Assembly: GCA_009886125.1 (NCBI GenBank)
Contig: VFJK01000031.1
Location: 1,466-65,465 of the forward strand
Reading direction: 5' to 3'
DNA from: Geobacter sp.
GTDB lineage: Bacteria > Desulfobacterota > Desulfuromonadia > Geobacterales > DSM-12255
DNA: 64,000 nucleotides
Part shown: positions 18,435 through 29,040 of the stretch, piece by piece
Position numbering within the stretch: the first letter of the stretch is position 1
Layout of the letters: each line of letters starts with the position of its first letter
Made by a program: the position numbers and the translations under genes
Notes under the pieces: generated by a model
What the model was told of the DNA's origin: nothing
The model's input: the letters and a program-made list of their open reading frames with translations, nothing else
Database searches by the model: none

Positions 18435-20447
18435 ATGCTGAAGGGAATAGATCAAATGGATGAGGCAGCAAGCAGAAGCCATCAGGCAGTAAACCATTCA
18501 GCCAACAGCAGGGTCAGAAAGGTGGCGCTGGTCGGTAACCCCAATGTGGGGAAAAGTGTACTGTTCAATGCCCTTACCGGCGCGTATGTAACGGTGTCCA
18601 ACTATCCGGGGACTTCTGTGGAGGTCTCCCGCGGTTCGGCGACCATCGACGGTGTCAAGTGCGAGATTATCGATACCCCCGGGATGTACGCCATTCTCCC
18701 GATAACAGAGGAGGAGCGGGTTGCCCGGGAGATACTGCTCAATGAGTCGCCCGACCTGATCATCCATGTGATTGATGCCAGAAATCTGGAGCGGATGCTG
18801 ACAATGACCCTTCAGTTGATCGAAGCCGGATTGCCGGTCCTGCTGGTAGTGAACATCATGGACGAGGCGGAACGGATGGGGATCGGCATAGATATCGGGC
18901 TGCTCTCGGAGAAGCTCGGGATCCCGGTGATCGGAGCTGCTACTGCCAAGAAACGCGGGGTCGTGGAGATCCGTCGCGCGATCATCAGCCATGACAGCAA
19001 GCGTCATGCGGTCTTTGGCTACTCCCGGCGACTGGAAAAAGATATCGATGAAATCGCTTCCGCTCTCAACGGTGAGTATCATCTTTCAACCAAGTCACTG
19101 GCCCTGCTTCTTCTTCAGGGGGATGACGAGGTCGCAGCGCTGGTCAACGCCAGCGAAGGGGCACAAGCCGTTTCTGTTGCCGAGAAGGTCAAAGCAAAGC
19201 GGTTCGAACGGCGGGAATCATTCCATATGGATCTTTCCATGGAGCGCAAGGGGATCGTCCACGGCCTGCTCGACGGGGTGATAACATTCCCGGACAAGCG
19301 GCGGGTGACCATGGCCGAGCGTCTTTCCACGCTCTGCGTGCGCCCTCTCACCGGTGTACCGATCCTCCTCGTGGTCCTCTATTTCGGGTTGTACAAGTTT
19401 GTCGGTGGTTTCGGCGCAGGTACTCTGGTCGATCTGCTGGAGAAAAAACTGTTCGAGGGATTTATCAGCCCCTGGGCCATAACAGCGGTCAAGGCAATCG
19501 TCCCCTGGGAGATCATCCAGGAGCTGATTGTCGGCGAATACGGTATCATTACCCTCGGACTGCGTTATGCGGTGGGGATAATCCTCCCCATCGTCGCCAC
19601 CTTTTTCCTCTTCTTCTCGATACTGGAAGACAGCGGCTATTTCCCGCGACTGGCACTATTGGTGGACCGGATCTTCAAGAAGATCGGACTTACCGGACGT
19701 GCGGTCATACCGATGGTGCTGGGGTTTGGCTGCGACACCATGGCGACCATGGTGACCCGGACTCTGGAGACGGTGCGGGAACGGATCATCGCCACCCTGC
19801 TGCTTGCGCTGGCAATCCCCTGTTCTGCCCAGCTGGGGGTTATCCTTGCCCTGCTGTCAAAGGCTCCCGGCGCTCTGCTGGTCTGGAGCGTCTGTCTCCT
19901 GCTCATCTTTCTGGTCGTCGGTTTTCTGACTGCCCGGTTGATGCCGGGTGAGACTCCCATGTTCTACATGGAACTCCCCCCCATGCGTCTGCCGCAGTTC
20001 TCAAATATCCTGACAAAGACCTATACCCGGATGCAGTGGTATTTCATGGAGATCCTGCCGCTGTTTATCCTGGCGTCGGTACTACTCTGGCTGGGCAAGA
20101 TCACCCACTTCTTTGAAACCGCGGTCGATGCGATGAGCCCGCTGATGGCGGCCTTGGGTCTTCCCCGGGAGGTGGCGGTTGCCTTTATCTTCGGGTTCTT
20201 CCGCCGCGATTACGGTGCTGCCGGACTGTATGACCTGCAGACCAAGGGGGGGCTCGATGCTCGCCAGTTGACCGTTGCTGCTGTCACCCTGACCCTGTTC
20301 ATCCCTTGTGTCGCCCAGTTCCTTATCATGAAGAAGGAGCGCGGCTGGAAGGTGGCAACAACGATCGGCCTGTTCGTCAGCGGATTTGCCTTTGGCAGCG
20401 GCTGGATGCTCAACAAATTCCTCCTGGTTACGGGGATACTATCGTAG
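18435..20447 (+). CDS. feoB: Ferrous iron transporter FeoB
   Basis: G-domain (GNPNVGKS, DTPG) followed by a polytopic membrane domain. Confidence 0.95.
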   Translation: MLKGIDQMDEAASRSHQAVNHSANSRVRKVALVGNPNVGKSVLFNALTGAYVTVSNYPGTSVEVSRGSATIDGVKCEIIDTPGMYAILPITEEERVAREILLNESPDLIIHVIDARNLERMLTMTLQLIEAGLPVLLVVNIMDEAERMGIGIDIGLLSEKLGIPVIGAATAKKRGVVEIRRAIISHDSKRHAVFGYSRRLEKDIDEIASALNGEYHLSTKSLALLLLQGDDEVAALVNASEGAQAVSVAEKVKAKRFERRESFHMDLSMERKGIVHGLLDGVITFPDKRRVTMAERLSTLCVRPLTGVPILLVVLYFGLYKFVGGFGAGTLVDLLEKKLFEGFISPWAITAVKAIVPWEIIQELIVGEYGIITLGLRYAVGIILPIVATFFLFFSILEDSGYFPRLALLVDRIFKKIGLTGRAVIPMVLGFGCDTMATMVTRTLETVRERIIATLLLALAIPCSAQLGVILALLSKAPGALLVWSVCLLLIFLVVGFLTARLMPGETPMFYMELPPMRLPQFSNILTKTYTRMQWYFMEILPLFILASVLLWLGKITHFFETAVDAMSPLMAALGLPREVAVAFIFGFFRRDYGAAGLYDLQTKGGLDARQLTVAAVTLTLFIPCVAQFLIMKKERGWKVATTIGLFVSGFAFGSGWMLNKFLLVTGILS

Positions 20448-20497
20448 GGGCGCACGGCTGTGCGCCCGAACACCGGGCGTATGCCATACGCCCCTAC
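20444..20497. repeat. GTAGGGGCG...CGCCCCTAC REP-like element, family B, copy 1
   Basis: GTAGGGGCGCACGGCTGTGCGCCCGAACACCGGGCGTATGCCATACGCCCCTAC contains two hairpins enclosed by an outer stem. It is related to 52283-52347. Confidence 0.8.
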
Positions 20498-20506
20498 ATG
20501 GGGGAA

Positions 20507-20686
20507 ATGATGAAGTGCGGTTACTGTGGTCATGAGTTTGATGAAGATGACGGGGAAAAGGGGTGCGGCAGTTGTCCCGGCGGTTGCCATAATGTCCACT
20601 GCCCCCGCTGTAACTACAAGAACCCTCTGGAACCTGCGATTCTGAAAAAGTTGAAGAAGATTTTATCGAAAGGAGCCGACAGATGA
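20507..20686 (+). CDS. Small Cys-rich (7 Cys) protein downstream of feoB
   Basis: MMKCGYCGHEFDEDDGEKGCGSCPGGCHNVHCPRCNYKNPLEP..., with CxxC pairs and a basic tail. The start is chosen after GGGGAA, so it is uncertain (20498, 20507 or 20510). The stop overlaps the next gene (ATGA). Confidence 0.55.
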   Translation: MMKCGYCGHEFDEDDGEKGCGSCPGGCHNVHCPRCNYKNPLEPAILKKLKKILSKGADR

Positions 20687-21327
20687 AATTGACGGAAAAG
20701 GCCGAAGAGATTCTGGAGTCTATGTGGATTGCTATCGAGGAGGAGGGGCGCGGCTTTGTCGATCTGGACAGTGTCGAGGTCACGGCCGATGATCCTGCTG
20801 TCAGGGAGCTTACCGGCCATGCCTTTGTCGAGCTGAAGGGGGAACGGATCCACTTCCGCCCGGAAGGGCGTGCGGAAGGCGAGAAGACCATCCGCCGCCA
20901 CCGGCTGGCAGAGCGGCTTATGATGGATGTGCTTAATATCCGAGGAGATAACGCCGAGATCAAGGCGTGTCAGTTCGAGCACCTGCTCAATGAGGGGGTC
21001 GATGTCAAGGTCTGCACCATGCTCAACCATCCAACCACCTGCCCGCACGGCAAACGGATCCCGCCGGGGGAGTGCTGTGAGGAGGCGGCCAGCAGAGGCG
21101 ATCTGGGAGTGGTGCCGCTCACCGAGCTTAAATCAGGTGAAGAGGGGGAGATCGCCTACATCCTCACCGAGGATAACAAGAAGATGCAGAAGCTGATGGC
21201 CATGGGAGTGCTTCCCGGCAACCAGATCGTGCTGATGCAGGCTTTTCCCTCCTATATCTTCAGGGTGGGGTATTCGGAGTTCGCGATCGACACCGCCATG
21301 GCCAGGGAGATTTTCGTCAGAAGATAG
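20683..21327 (+). CDS. DtxR-family metal-dependent regulator fused to a FeoA domain
   Basis: IRRHRLAERLMMDVL...CQFEHL dimerisation/metal-site region, plus a C-terminal FeoA-like segment GEEGEIAYI...MGVLPGNQIVL. Confidence 0.8.
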   Translation: MKLTEKAEEILESMWIAIEEEGRGFVDLDSVEVTADDPAVRELTGHAFVELKGERIHFRPEGRAEGEKTIRRHRLAERLMMDVLNIRGDNAEIKACQFEHLLNEGVDVKVCTMLNHPTTCPHGKRIPPGECCEEAASRGDLGVVPLTELKSGEEGEIAYILTEDNKKMQKLMAMGVLPGNQIVLMQAFPSYIFRVGYSEFAIDTAMAREIFVRR

Positions 21328-21333
21328 AGCTAG

Positions 21334-21368
21334 TGGGCTTTTCGCAGCCGGTGCGGAGAGCCCTTTTT
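21334..21368 (+). terminator. Putative terminator after the DtxR/FeoA gene
   Basis: GGGCT...CGCAGCCGGTGCG...AGCCC followed by TTTTTT. Confidence 0.5.
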
Positions 21369-21380
21369 TGGCGTAGCAAT

Positions 21381-21400
21381 TGATAATGAAAGTCATATTC
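21381..21400 (+). promoter_or_regulatory. Weaker Fur-box-like site upstream of DUF3793/porin
   Basis: GATAATGAAAGTCATATTC matches the 19-mer GATAATGATAATCATTATC at 15 of 19 positions. Confidence 0.45.
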
Positions 21401-21432
21401 TGTGAATAGATGTTGATACGGGAGGTGCACGG

Positions 21433-22122
21433 ATGGGATTCAGGTCTGATAAAGCTCAAACAGAAAAGAGGCCGGTGTGGCAGGATATTTCGGCACGATT
21501 CAGCGACCCGCGCGATTGCCTTGTTTCGTACCTTGCCCTTGAATCGGCCGAGATTCTCGCGGAGGTCAAGCCAGCCAATCTTATCAGCATTGCCAATCGC
21601 GAGCGCAGCTGTGGCAGGAACCTGTACCTTCTCTGGAAGCAATGGGGAAAGTCGATTATCGAGGAAAGCGGACTGGGGTGCTGTGAGCTTGCTGATCGTG
21701 GCGAGTCGCTCCTGCTGATAATTTACCACCCTTCCGGACTTGCTGAGCTTCTGTCCAGGCAGAACGTCACTGCAGTTCTGCGCAGGGCCGGTTACTCAGT
21801 TCCGGCTTCTGCGGAAACTCTTCTCAAGGTACTTGCAGCTCGCTTGATCGGGAACTCTTTTCCGCACGAGATCGGGGTTTTTCTTGGATATCCTCTCAAA
21901 GATGTCCTTGGTTTCCTTGGCTGGGCGAGGATACCGTTCACCTGTCAGGGGCCGTGGCGAATCTATGGAGCCGCGGCTGAAAGCCTGAGGCTGGCAGAAC
22001 TTCACAGGGAGTGCCGATGCCGGATGGCGGGAATGCTTTCTACTGGCGGGAATCCTCTTGAATCCTTCAGAATCAGAATGGACGGGAGAAGGTTGCCGAA
22101 TAGTTCTCAAAAAACCTGCTGA
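21433..22122 (+). CDS. DUF3793 family protein
   Basis: SD GGAGGT lies 6 nt upstream. Motifs: VKPANLISI and FPHEIGVFLGYPLKDVLGF. Confidence 0.7.
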   Translation: MGFRSDKAQTEKRPVWQDISARFSDPRDCLVSYLALESAEILAEVKPANLISIANRERSCGRNLYLLWKQWGKSIIEESGLGCCELADRGESLLLIIYHPSGLAELLSRQNVTAVLRRAGYSVPASAETLLKVLAARLIGNSFPHEIGVFLGYPLKDVLGFLGWARIPFTCQGPWRIYGAAAESLRLAELHRECRCRMAGMLSTGGNPLESFRIRMDGRRLPNSSQKTC

Positions 22123-22146
22123 AAATTAAATATTTGGAGTCCAATC

Positions 22147-23859
22147 ATGAAAAAGTTTCCGTTCCTTTTCCAATCGATCCTCTTTTCATTAATTCTGTGC
22201 AGTGCCGCCATGGCCCACGAGGGTCATGGTGAAATCTCGGTGAAACTCTCCAGAGAGCACTGGTCCTGCAAGGAGATTGCTGAGTTGGCCACGAAGTACG
22301 GCGCGCCGAACAAGCTCCCCTCCGCAGAAGTTCTGGAGAAAAGGGAGCTGGCGGCGCCTCTTCTCGCCATCATTGACAAGGTGCTGGAAAAGTGCGGCAA
22401 GGATGGCACTGGAGCGGTGCCTGTAGAGGATCTGGAGCGGATTGCCGTTCTGCACGAGGCGCTCAAGGATGAGCTGTCTCAGTATGAGGGATATCAGACG
22501 CGGCGTGAGGCGATCGAAAAGATGCTGGTCAAGCCGGAGACGCCTGAGTTCGAATATAAGGCCGGGGTCGGCGGATTTATCCGCGGCGAGGGGGTCGGCA
22601 ACTTCCGGTTGACCGATTTCAGTCAGACACCTGATCACGGCGAGGGGCGTTTCCTCTACCGGGTCAAGCCCTACGCCTACTGGCACCCGACAGATTATCT
22701 GGATATCCATGCGGAGGGACAGGGTTACGGTTTTAGCGGCGGCAATCATCAGGAGTACAACAAGCTTTCCCTCTATCAGGGATTCGTGGAGGCAAAAATA
22801 CCGGGCAGCGATCTGCTGGCCTTGAAGGGGGGACGTCAGGAGTTCAGCTACGGCAGCACCTTTATTTTGGGTCCTGACTCGTTCTACGACGGTCTCTCCT
22901 TCGATGCTGCGCGGTTCCGGGTCAAGCCGGTTGAACCGCTCACGGTCGATTTCCTGGCAGGTGCCTATGCCACCCCATTTTCCGGCGGGGTAAAGGGGAC
23001 TCTGTCAGGTGCCTATGCAACGTATACCATTTCCGGGGGGAGCGCCATCGAGGCCTATGCCTTCCGCGATTCCGGTTCCTCGGATCATCATACCGGGGAG
23101 TATCTGGCCTCTTGGGGGCTGAGGGGGATGACCAAACTTGGGCCGGTCTCACTGGAGTTCGAGCCGGTTTACGAGTCGGGGCGGATTTTCAACACCGTAC
23201 GGAGCGACAATGACCGGATAGATGCATTCGGCGGCCATCTGGACGCCACTATCGAGTCGGTCCTGATCGGCTACAACAATAAATTTTTCGCGAGCTACGC
23301 CTACGGCTCGGGAAGCCGGGCCGCCGCCAACGGTATTTCGGCTGCCGGGGAGTTCCGCACCCCGAACAACGACAACTCACTGGTCGGCGACATGAGCGTC
23401 ATCGGGGACATGTCGGGTGCCACCGTGGGCGGCCACCACGCCAGCGGCCTACAGATCTACACTTTCGGCTGGGGGATCGACCTTCTGAAAGAACTCAATT
23501 TCTCCGCCACGGGCCGCTATTTCCTTGCCAACAACGTCGAAACCGGTTTCAGCAAGAACCTTGGCCTGGAAACCGACTTCACCCTGACCTACAACATGAG
23601 TGAAGGTCTCTCTTTCATCGCCGGTTACGACCGCTTCTTCACCGGCGGTTTTTTCCGCGATGCTTCCGGGAGCAGCAGGGACATCGACTACGGCTATGTC
23701 ATGGTGCAGTTCGACCTCTCCAAAAGCAAGCCGCGGTTGAAGCCGGTGAAGGGGTTGTCACCGGCAGAGGACGGTGGCAATAGTCCACTGTTTGGGTTTC
23801 GATCGGAATTCCAGTGTTCCGCCATAATCCTTGAGGATGGAAGCGGAGATGTTGAGTGA
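22147..23859 (+). CDS. Outer-membrane beta-barrel porin (alginate-export-like) with an N-terminal helical domain
   Basis: Signal peptide (CSAAMA/HE). Barrel-type alternating pattern, with LKGGRQEFSYGSTFILG...FDAARF typical of the Alginate_exp family. Confidence 0.6.
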   Translation: MKKFPFLFQSILFSLILCSAAMAHEGHGEISVKLSREHWSCKEIAELATKYGAPNKLPSAEVLEKRELAAPLLAIIDKVLEKCGKDGTGAVPVEDLERIAVLHEALKDELSQYEGYQTRREAIEKMLVKPETPEFEYKAGVGGFIRGEGVGNFRLTDFSQTPDHGEGRFLYRVKPYAYWHPTDYLDIHAEGQGYGFSGGNHQEYNKLSLYQGFVEAKIPGSDLLALKGGRQEFSYGSTFILGPDSFYDGLSFDAARFRVKPVEPLTVDFLAGAYATPFSGGVKGTLSGAYATYTISGGSAIEAYAFRDSGSSDHHTGEYLASWGLRGMTKLGPVSLEFEPVYESGRIFNTVRSDNDRIDAFGGHLDATIESVLIGYNNKFFASYAYGSGSRAAANGISAAGEFRTPNNDNSLVGDMSVIGDMSGATVGGHHASGLQIYTFGWGIDLLKELNFSATGRYFLANNVETGFSKNLGLETDFTLTYNMSEGLSFIAGYDRFFTGGFFRDASGSSRDIDYGYVMVQFDLSKSKPRLKPVKGLSPAEDGGNSPLFGFRSEFQCSAIILEDGSGDVE

Positions 23860-24000
23860 ACTTTCGTGTCATCTTCCCCGGTCGGTTTGCCTGGTTTCAC
23901 TCCTGATTTCACTCCTTGACACCTCCTCCCGTTTGATGTAGCGTTATACGTCCCGCCGTACTAAATGGGACTGATACTACGAGAACGGTCCTTATATCCC

Positions 24001-24759
24001 ATGAAAATTACAGCAATTATTCCTGCCAGATATGGCTCTACCCGTTTTGAGGGAAAGGCTCTGGCCGATATCTGCGGCAAGCCGATGATTCAGCATGTCT
24101 ATGAGCGGACAACCAGTTCGTCACTGGTGTCAGAAGTCGTGGTCGCTACTGACGATGAGCGTATAGCGGCGGCTGTCCGGAAATTCGGCGGCAGGGTAGA
24201 GATGACTTCAACCTCTCATGAGACCGGGACTGACAGGCTTGCTGAAGTTGCTGCCCGGATCGACAGTGATATCATTGTCAATGTCCAGGGTGACGAACCT
24301 CTGATCGAGCCGGACATGATCGATGAAGCGATTGAGCCTCTGACCGGCGACAGTTCGATAATGATGTCGACACTGAAATCGAGGATCAAGACCCTGCATG
24401 ATTTTCTGAGCCCGAACGTGGTGAAGGTCGTTACCGATTGGGAGGGTTATGCACTCTATTTCTCGCGTTCGCCGCTGCCCAATTTTCGTGACAAGTGGAA
24501 TGACCTGAAGGATGAGAAGTTCTCGTCCGGGAAACTGCTCTGCTACAAGCATGTCGGACTTTATGTTTACCGGCGGGAGTTTCTGCTCCAGTTCTCGCAG
24601 ATGTCGCCGACCTATCTTGAGCTCTCTGAAAAGCTCGAGCAGCTCCGTGCGCTTGAGAATGGATACCGGATCAAGGTTGTCGAGACATCTTATGATTCGA
24701 TAGGAGTTGATACACCTGCAGACCTTTCCGCAGTCGTTGAAAAACTGAGAAAACTTTAA
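24001..24759 (+). CDS. kdsB: 3-deoxy-manno-octulosonate cytidylyltransferase
   Basis: Start trimmed to the ATG at 24001. Motifs: [14 protein letters not shown] and NVQGDEPLI. Confidence 0.92.
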   Translation: MKITAIIPARYGSTRFEGKALADICGKPMIQHVYERTTSSSLVSEVVVATDDERIAAAVRKFGGRVEMTSTSHETGTDRLAEVAARIDSDIIVNVQGDEPLIEPDMIDEAIEPLTGDSSIMMSTLKSRIKTLHDFLSPNVVKVVTDWEGYALYFSRSPLPNFRDKWNDLKDEKFSSGKLLCYKHVGLYVYRREFLLQFSQMSPTYLELSEKLEQLRALENGYRIKVVETSYDSIGVDTPADLSAVVEKLRKL

Positions 24760-24770
24760 AATACAGGTGA

Positions 24771-26378
<1,608 letters not shown>

Positions 26379-26382
26379 ACAT

Positions 26383-27222
26383 ATGCCTTTTAATACGCTC
26401 GTCAGAAAGATCAAGATCGGAAATGTTGCAATAGGTGGTGATAACCCGCTTATTCTGATTGCCGGGCCCTGTGTTATCGAAAACGAAGAGGCGACGCTCC
26501 GCGTGGCAGAGAGACTTATCAAGATCACCTCTGAAGTGGGCATGCAGCTGGTGTTCAAGGCTTCATATGACAAGGCGAACAGGACTTCTGTCTCATCCTT
26601 CCGTGGTCCGGGGATGAAAGAAGGTCTCCGTATCCTTGCAAAGGTAAAGAGTACCTTCGAACTTCCACTCCTTTCTGATATCCATGGTATAGACCAGATA
26701 GATGAGGCTGCTGAGGTACTCGATATCCTTCAGATACCTGCATTTCTCTGCCGGCAGACCGATCTGGTCGTTGCGGCGGCAAAATCAGGAAAAGTGCTTA
26801 ATATCAAGAAGGGACAGTTCCTGGCCCCTTGGGATATGGGGAATGTGGTCGGCAAGGCAGTCGACTCAGGGAATGAGAATCTCATCCTCACCGAGAGAGG
26901 TGTCTCCTTCGGTTATAACAATCTTGTCTCGGATATGCGCAGCCTCCCGATTTTGAGACGTCTGGGGTATCCTGTCGTTTTTGACGCGACGCACAGTGTT
27001 CAGCTCCCTGGCGGGTTGGGCGGTTCATCAGGCGGTCAGCGGGAATTTGTCGAGTATCTGGGCCGGGCAGCCGTGGCTACCGGCATTGACGGGATTTTCA
27101 TGGAGGTCCATGAGGACCCTGACAAGGCACTCTGCGATGGGCCGAATTCGGTGAAGCTGGATGATCTGACCGGAGTTCTCAAAAAACTGATGGCGATAGA
27201 CGCCATTGTGAAGCAGCAATGA
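26383..27222 (+). CDS. kdsA: 3-deoxy-8-phosphooctulonate synthase
   Basis: Start trimmed to the ATG at 26383, just after the pyrG stop. Motifs: IAGPCVIE, QIPAFLCRQTDL, DATHSVQ. Confidence 0.95.
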   Translation: MPFNTLVRKIKIGNVAIGGDNPLILIAGPCVIENEEATLRVAERLIKITSEVGMQLVFKASYDKANRTSVSSFRGPGMKEGLRILAKVKSTFELPLLSDIHGIDQIDEAAEVLDILQIPAFLCRQTDLVVAAAKSGKVLNIKKGQFLAPWDMGNVVGKAVDSGNENLILTERGVSFGYNNLVSDMRSLPILRRLGYPVVFDATHSVQLPGGLGGSSGGQREFVEYLGRAAVATGIDGIFMEVHEDPDKALCDGPNSVKLDDLTGVLKKLMAIDAIVKQQ

Positions 27223-28184
27223 TTATCGCAGAAGCAAAAAGAGTCATCCGTTTAGAGGCGCAGGCACTTTCTGCCCTGGCAGACTCAATTGACAGCAGTT
27301 TTGAAAAGGCTGTCCGGATGATCCTGGCATCAAAGGGGAGAGTAATTGTCGCCGGTATCGGGAAATCCGGTCTGATCGGGCAGAAAATCGCTTCGACGAT
27401 GGCGTCAACAGGGACGCCGGCATTCTTTCTTCACCCTGCCGAGGCGCTGCATGGTGATCTCGGAATGATCATGAGAGGGGATGTCGTTATTGCCATCTCT
27501 AACAGTGGCGAAACCGAAGAGGTTCTCCGGATCCTGCCGATAGTGAAGCGTATCGGTGCCGTGCTCATTTCTATGACCGGCAAGCCTTTGTCGACCCTTG
27601 CACGGGCAGGTGATATCCACCTTAACGTTGCAATAAAAGAGGAGGCATGCCCGCTAGGGCTTGCGCCGACTGCTTCGACTACCGCTACTCTTGCCATGGG
27701 TGATGCGCTTGCCGTGGCGCTCCTTGTCGAGCGGGGTTTCAAGGAGGAGGATTTTGCCCTTTTCCATCCTGGCGGTGCGCTTGGGAAGAAACTTCTGCTG
27801 TCAGTGAGTGATATGATGCACTCCGGGACATCACTGCCTGTTGTCAATTCCGGCATGCTTATGCGGGAGGTTATTTTCGAGATCACGTCCAAAGGGCTTG
27901 GTTGCACCGGTGTAATCGATGACGAGGGGTCGCTTCTGGGAGTGATTACTGATGGGGATCTCAGGCGTGCACTCGAAAAAGGGACCGGTTTCCTTGACCA
28001 GCCAGCAGGTGAGTTGATGATTCGCAATCCGAAACGGATACTGAGTAATGAGCTTGCTGCAAAAGGTCTCCAGATAATGGAGCGGTATTCGATCACATCG
28101 CTCTTCGTATTCGAGAACGAGACTTCACGCATACCTGTCGGTATACTTCATCTGCATGACCTTTTGAAGGCAGGGATCGCCTGA
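27219..28184 (+). CDS. kdsD: Arabinose-5-phosphate isomerase (SIS + 2xCBS)
   Basis: GIGKSGLIGQKIASTMASTGTP SIS motif and C-terminal CBS pair. Confidence 0.92.
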   Translation: MIIAEAKRVIRLEAQALSALADSIDSSFEKAVRMILASKGRVIVAGIGKSGLIGQKIASTMASTGTPAFFLHPAEALHGDLGMIMRGDVVIAISNSGETEEVLRILPIVKRIGAVLISMTGKPLSTLARAGDIHLNVAIKEEACPLGLAPTASTTATLAMGDALAVALLVERGFKEEDFALFHPGGALGKKLLLSVSDMMHSGTSLPVVNSGMLMREVIFEITSKGLGCTGVIDDEGSLLGVITDGDLRRALEKGTGFLDQPAGELMIRNPKRILSNELAAKGLQIMERYSITSLFVFENETSRIPVGILHLHDLLKAGIA

Positions 28185-28696
28185 TGGAGGAGCGTCTTCG
28201 GAAAATCAGACTCTTGATTCTGGATGTTGACGGAGTCATGACCGATGGCAGGATAGTTTACGATTCGAACGGCGTGGAAAGCAAATTCTTCAATGTCAAA
28301 GACGGTCATGGAATCAAGATGCTGCAACGGGCAGGGATAGAAGTAGCAATCATCTCCGGAAGAGACTCGAAAGTCGTTGCAAACCGTGCAGTTGAGTTAG
28401 GCATAGACCGGGTGTTTCAGAAAGCTACAGACAAGCTTGCACCGTACATAAGACTTCTTGCCGATACCGGACTCTCTGATGACCAGATTGCTTTTATCGG
28501 AGATGATCTGATCGATATTCCGCTTATGAAAAGAGTCGGTTTTGCCGCTGCTCCAGCTGATGCAGTTTTAGAAGTCCTCCCATTTGTTCATTTTGTCACG
28601 AAAAACCCGGGTGGTTTCGGAGCGGTAAGAGAGATCTCAGACATGCTTCTGAAGGCACAGGGGAAGTGGGGGGAGTTAACTGCCAGATACTTCTAG
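28184..28696 (+). CDS. kdsC: KDO-8-phosphate phosphatase
   Basis: HAD motif LILDVDGVMTDG; GDDLIDIP. Confidence 0.9.
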   Translation: MEERLRKIRLLILDVDGVMTDGRIVYDSNGVESKFFNVKDGHGIKMLQRAGIEVAIISGRDSKVVANRAVELGIDRVFQKATDKLAPYIRLLADTGLSDDQIAFIGDDLIDIPLMKRVGFAAAPADAVLEVLPFVHFVTKNPGGFGAVREISDMLLKAQGKWGELTARYF

Positions 28697-28860
28697 GAGT
28701 CTGTCGGACTTAGGAAATCAAAGCGAAAATTCGGCTGGGCGAGGGCAGATTTTGTCGATTTTGCAGGTAAATAGTTGTTTTATTGATCAAGAAAGCGGCG
28801 GAATATGACCCGTCCAGACGGATTTGCAGCAGATTTATTCTAAGTCCGACAGACTCCTAG
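28693..28860. repeat. 168-bp element with perfect 21-bp terminal inverted repeats (MITE-like) between kdsC and lptC
   Basis: CTAGGAGTCTGTCGGACTTAG and CTAAGTCCGACAGACTCCTAG match at 21 of 21 positions. The kdsC stop TAG lies inside the left arm. Confidence 0.65.
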
Positions 28861-28913
28861 ATCTTCACTTTCTATTTTTAACAGTCAAGCAACATATCTG
28901 ATGACAATGCTTT

Positions 28914-28955
28914 AAAAGCGGCTGCCAGTGGGAATCCACATGAAGCCGCTTTTTT
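28914..28955. terminator. Symmetric hairpin AAAAGCGGCT-N20-AGCCGCTTTTTT between kdsC and lptC
   Basis: 7-bp GC-rich stem flanked by an A-run and a T-run, with an inner GTGG..CCAC pairing. Confidence 0.45.
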
Positions 28956-29040
28956 AATACAAACTTTGTGCCAAATTTGCAATAAATCATTATCTAGCTC
29001 TTTACTGTAAACCATATTGGTGCTATAGTTTTTCAACCTT

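Noticed and set aside
27431-28132. 233-aa minus-strand ORF inside kdsD. The same applies to 25550..26176 in pyrG, 49599..50225 in ilvD, 18498..19082 in feoB, 24208..24786 in kdsB, 22189..22749 in the porin and 21133..21729 across DtxR/DUF3793.
   Set aside because: All are antisense to genes with clear family signatures. Their translations are Ser/Arg/Pro-rich without domains. They are treated as shadow ORFs.
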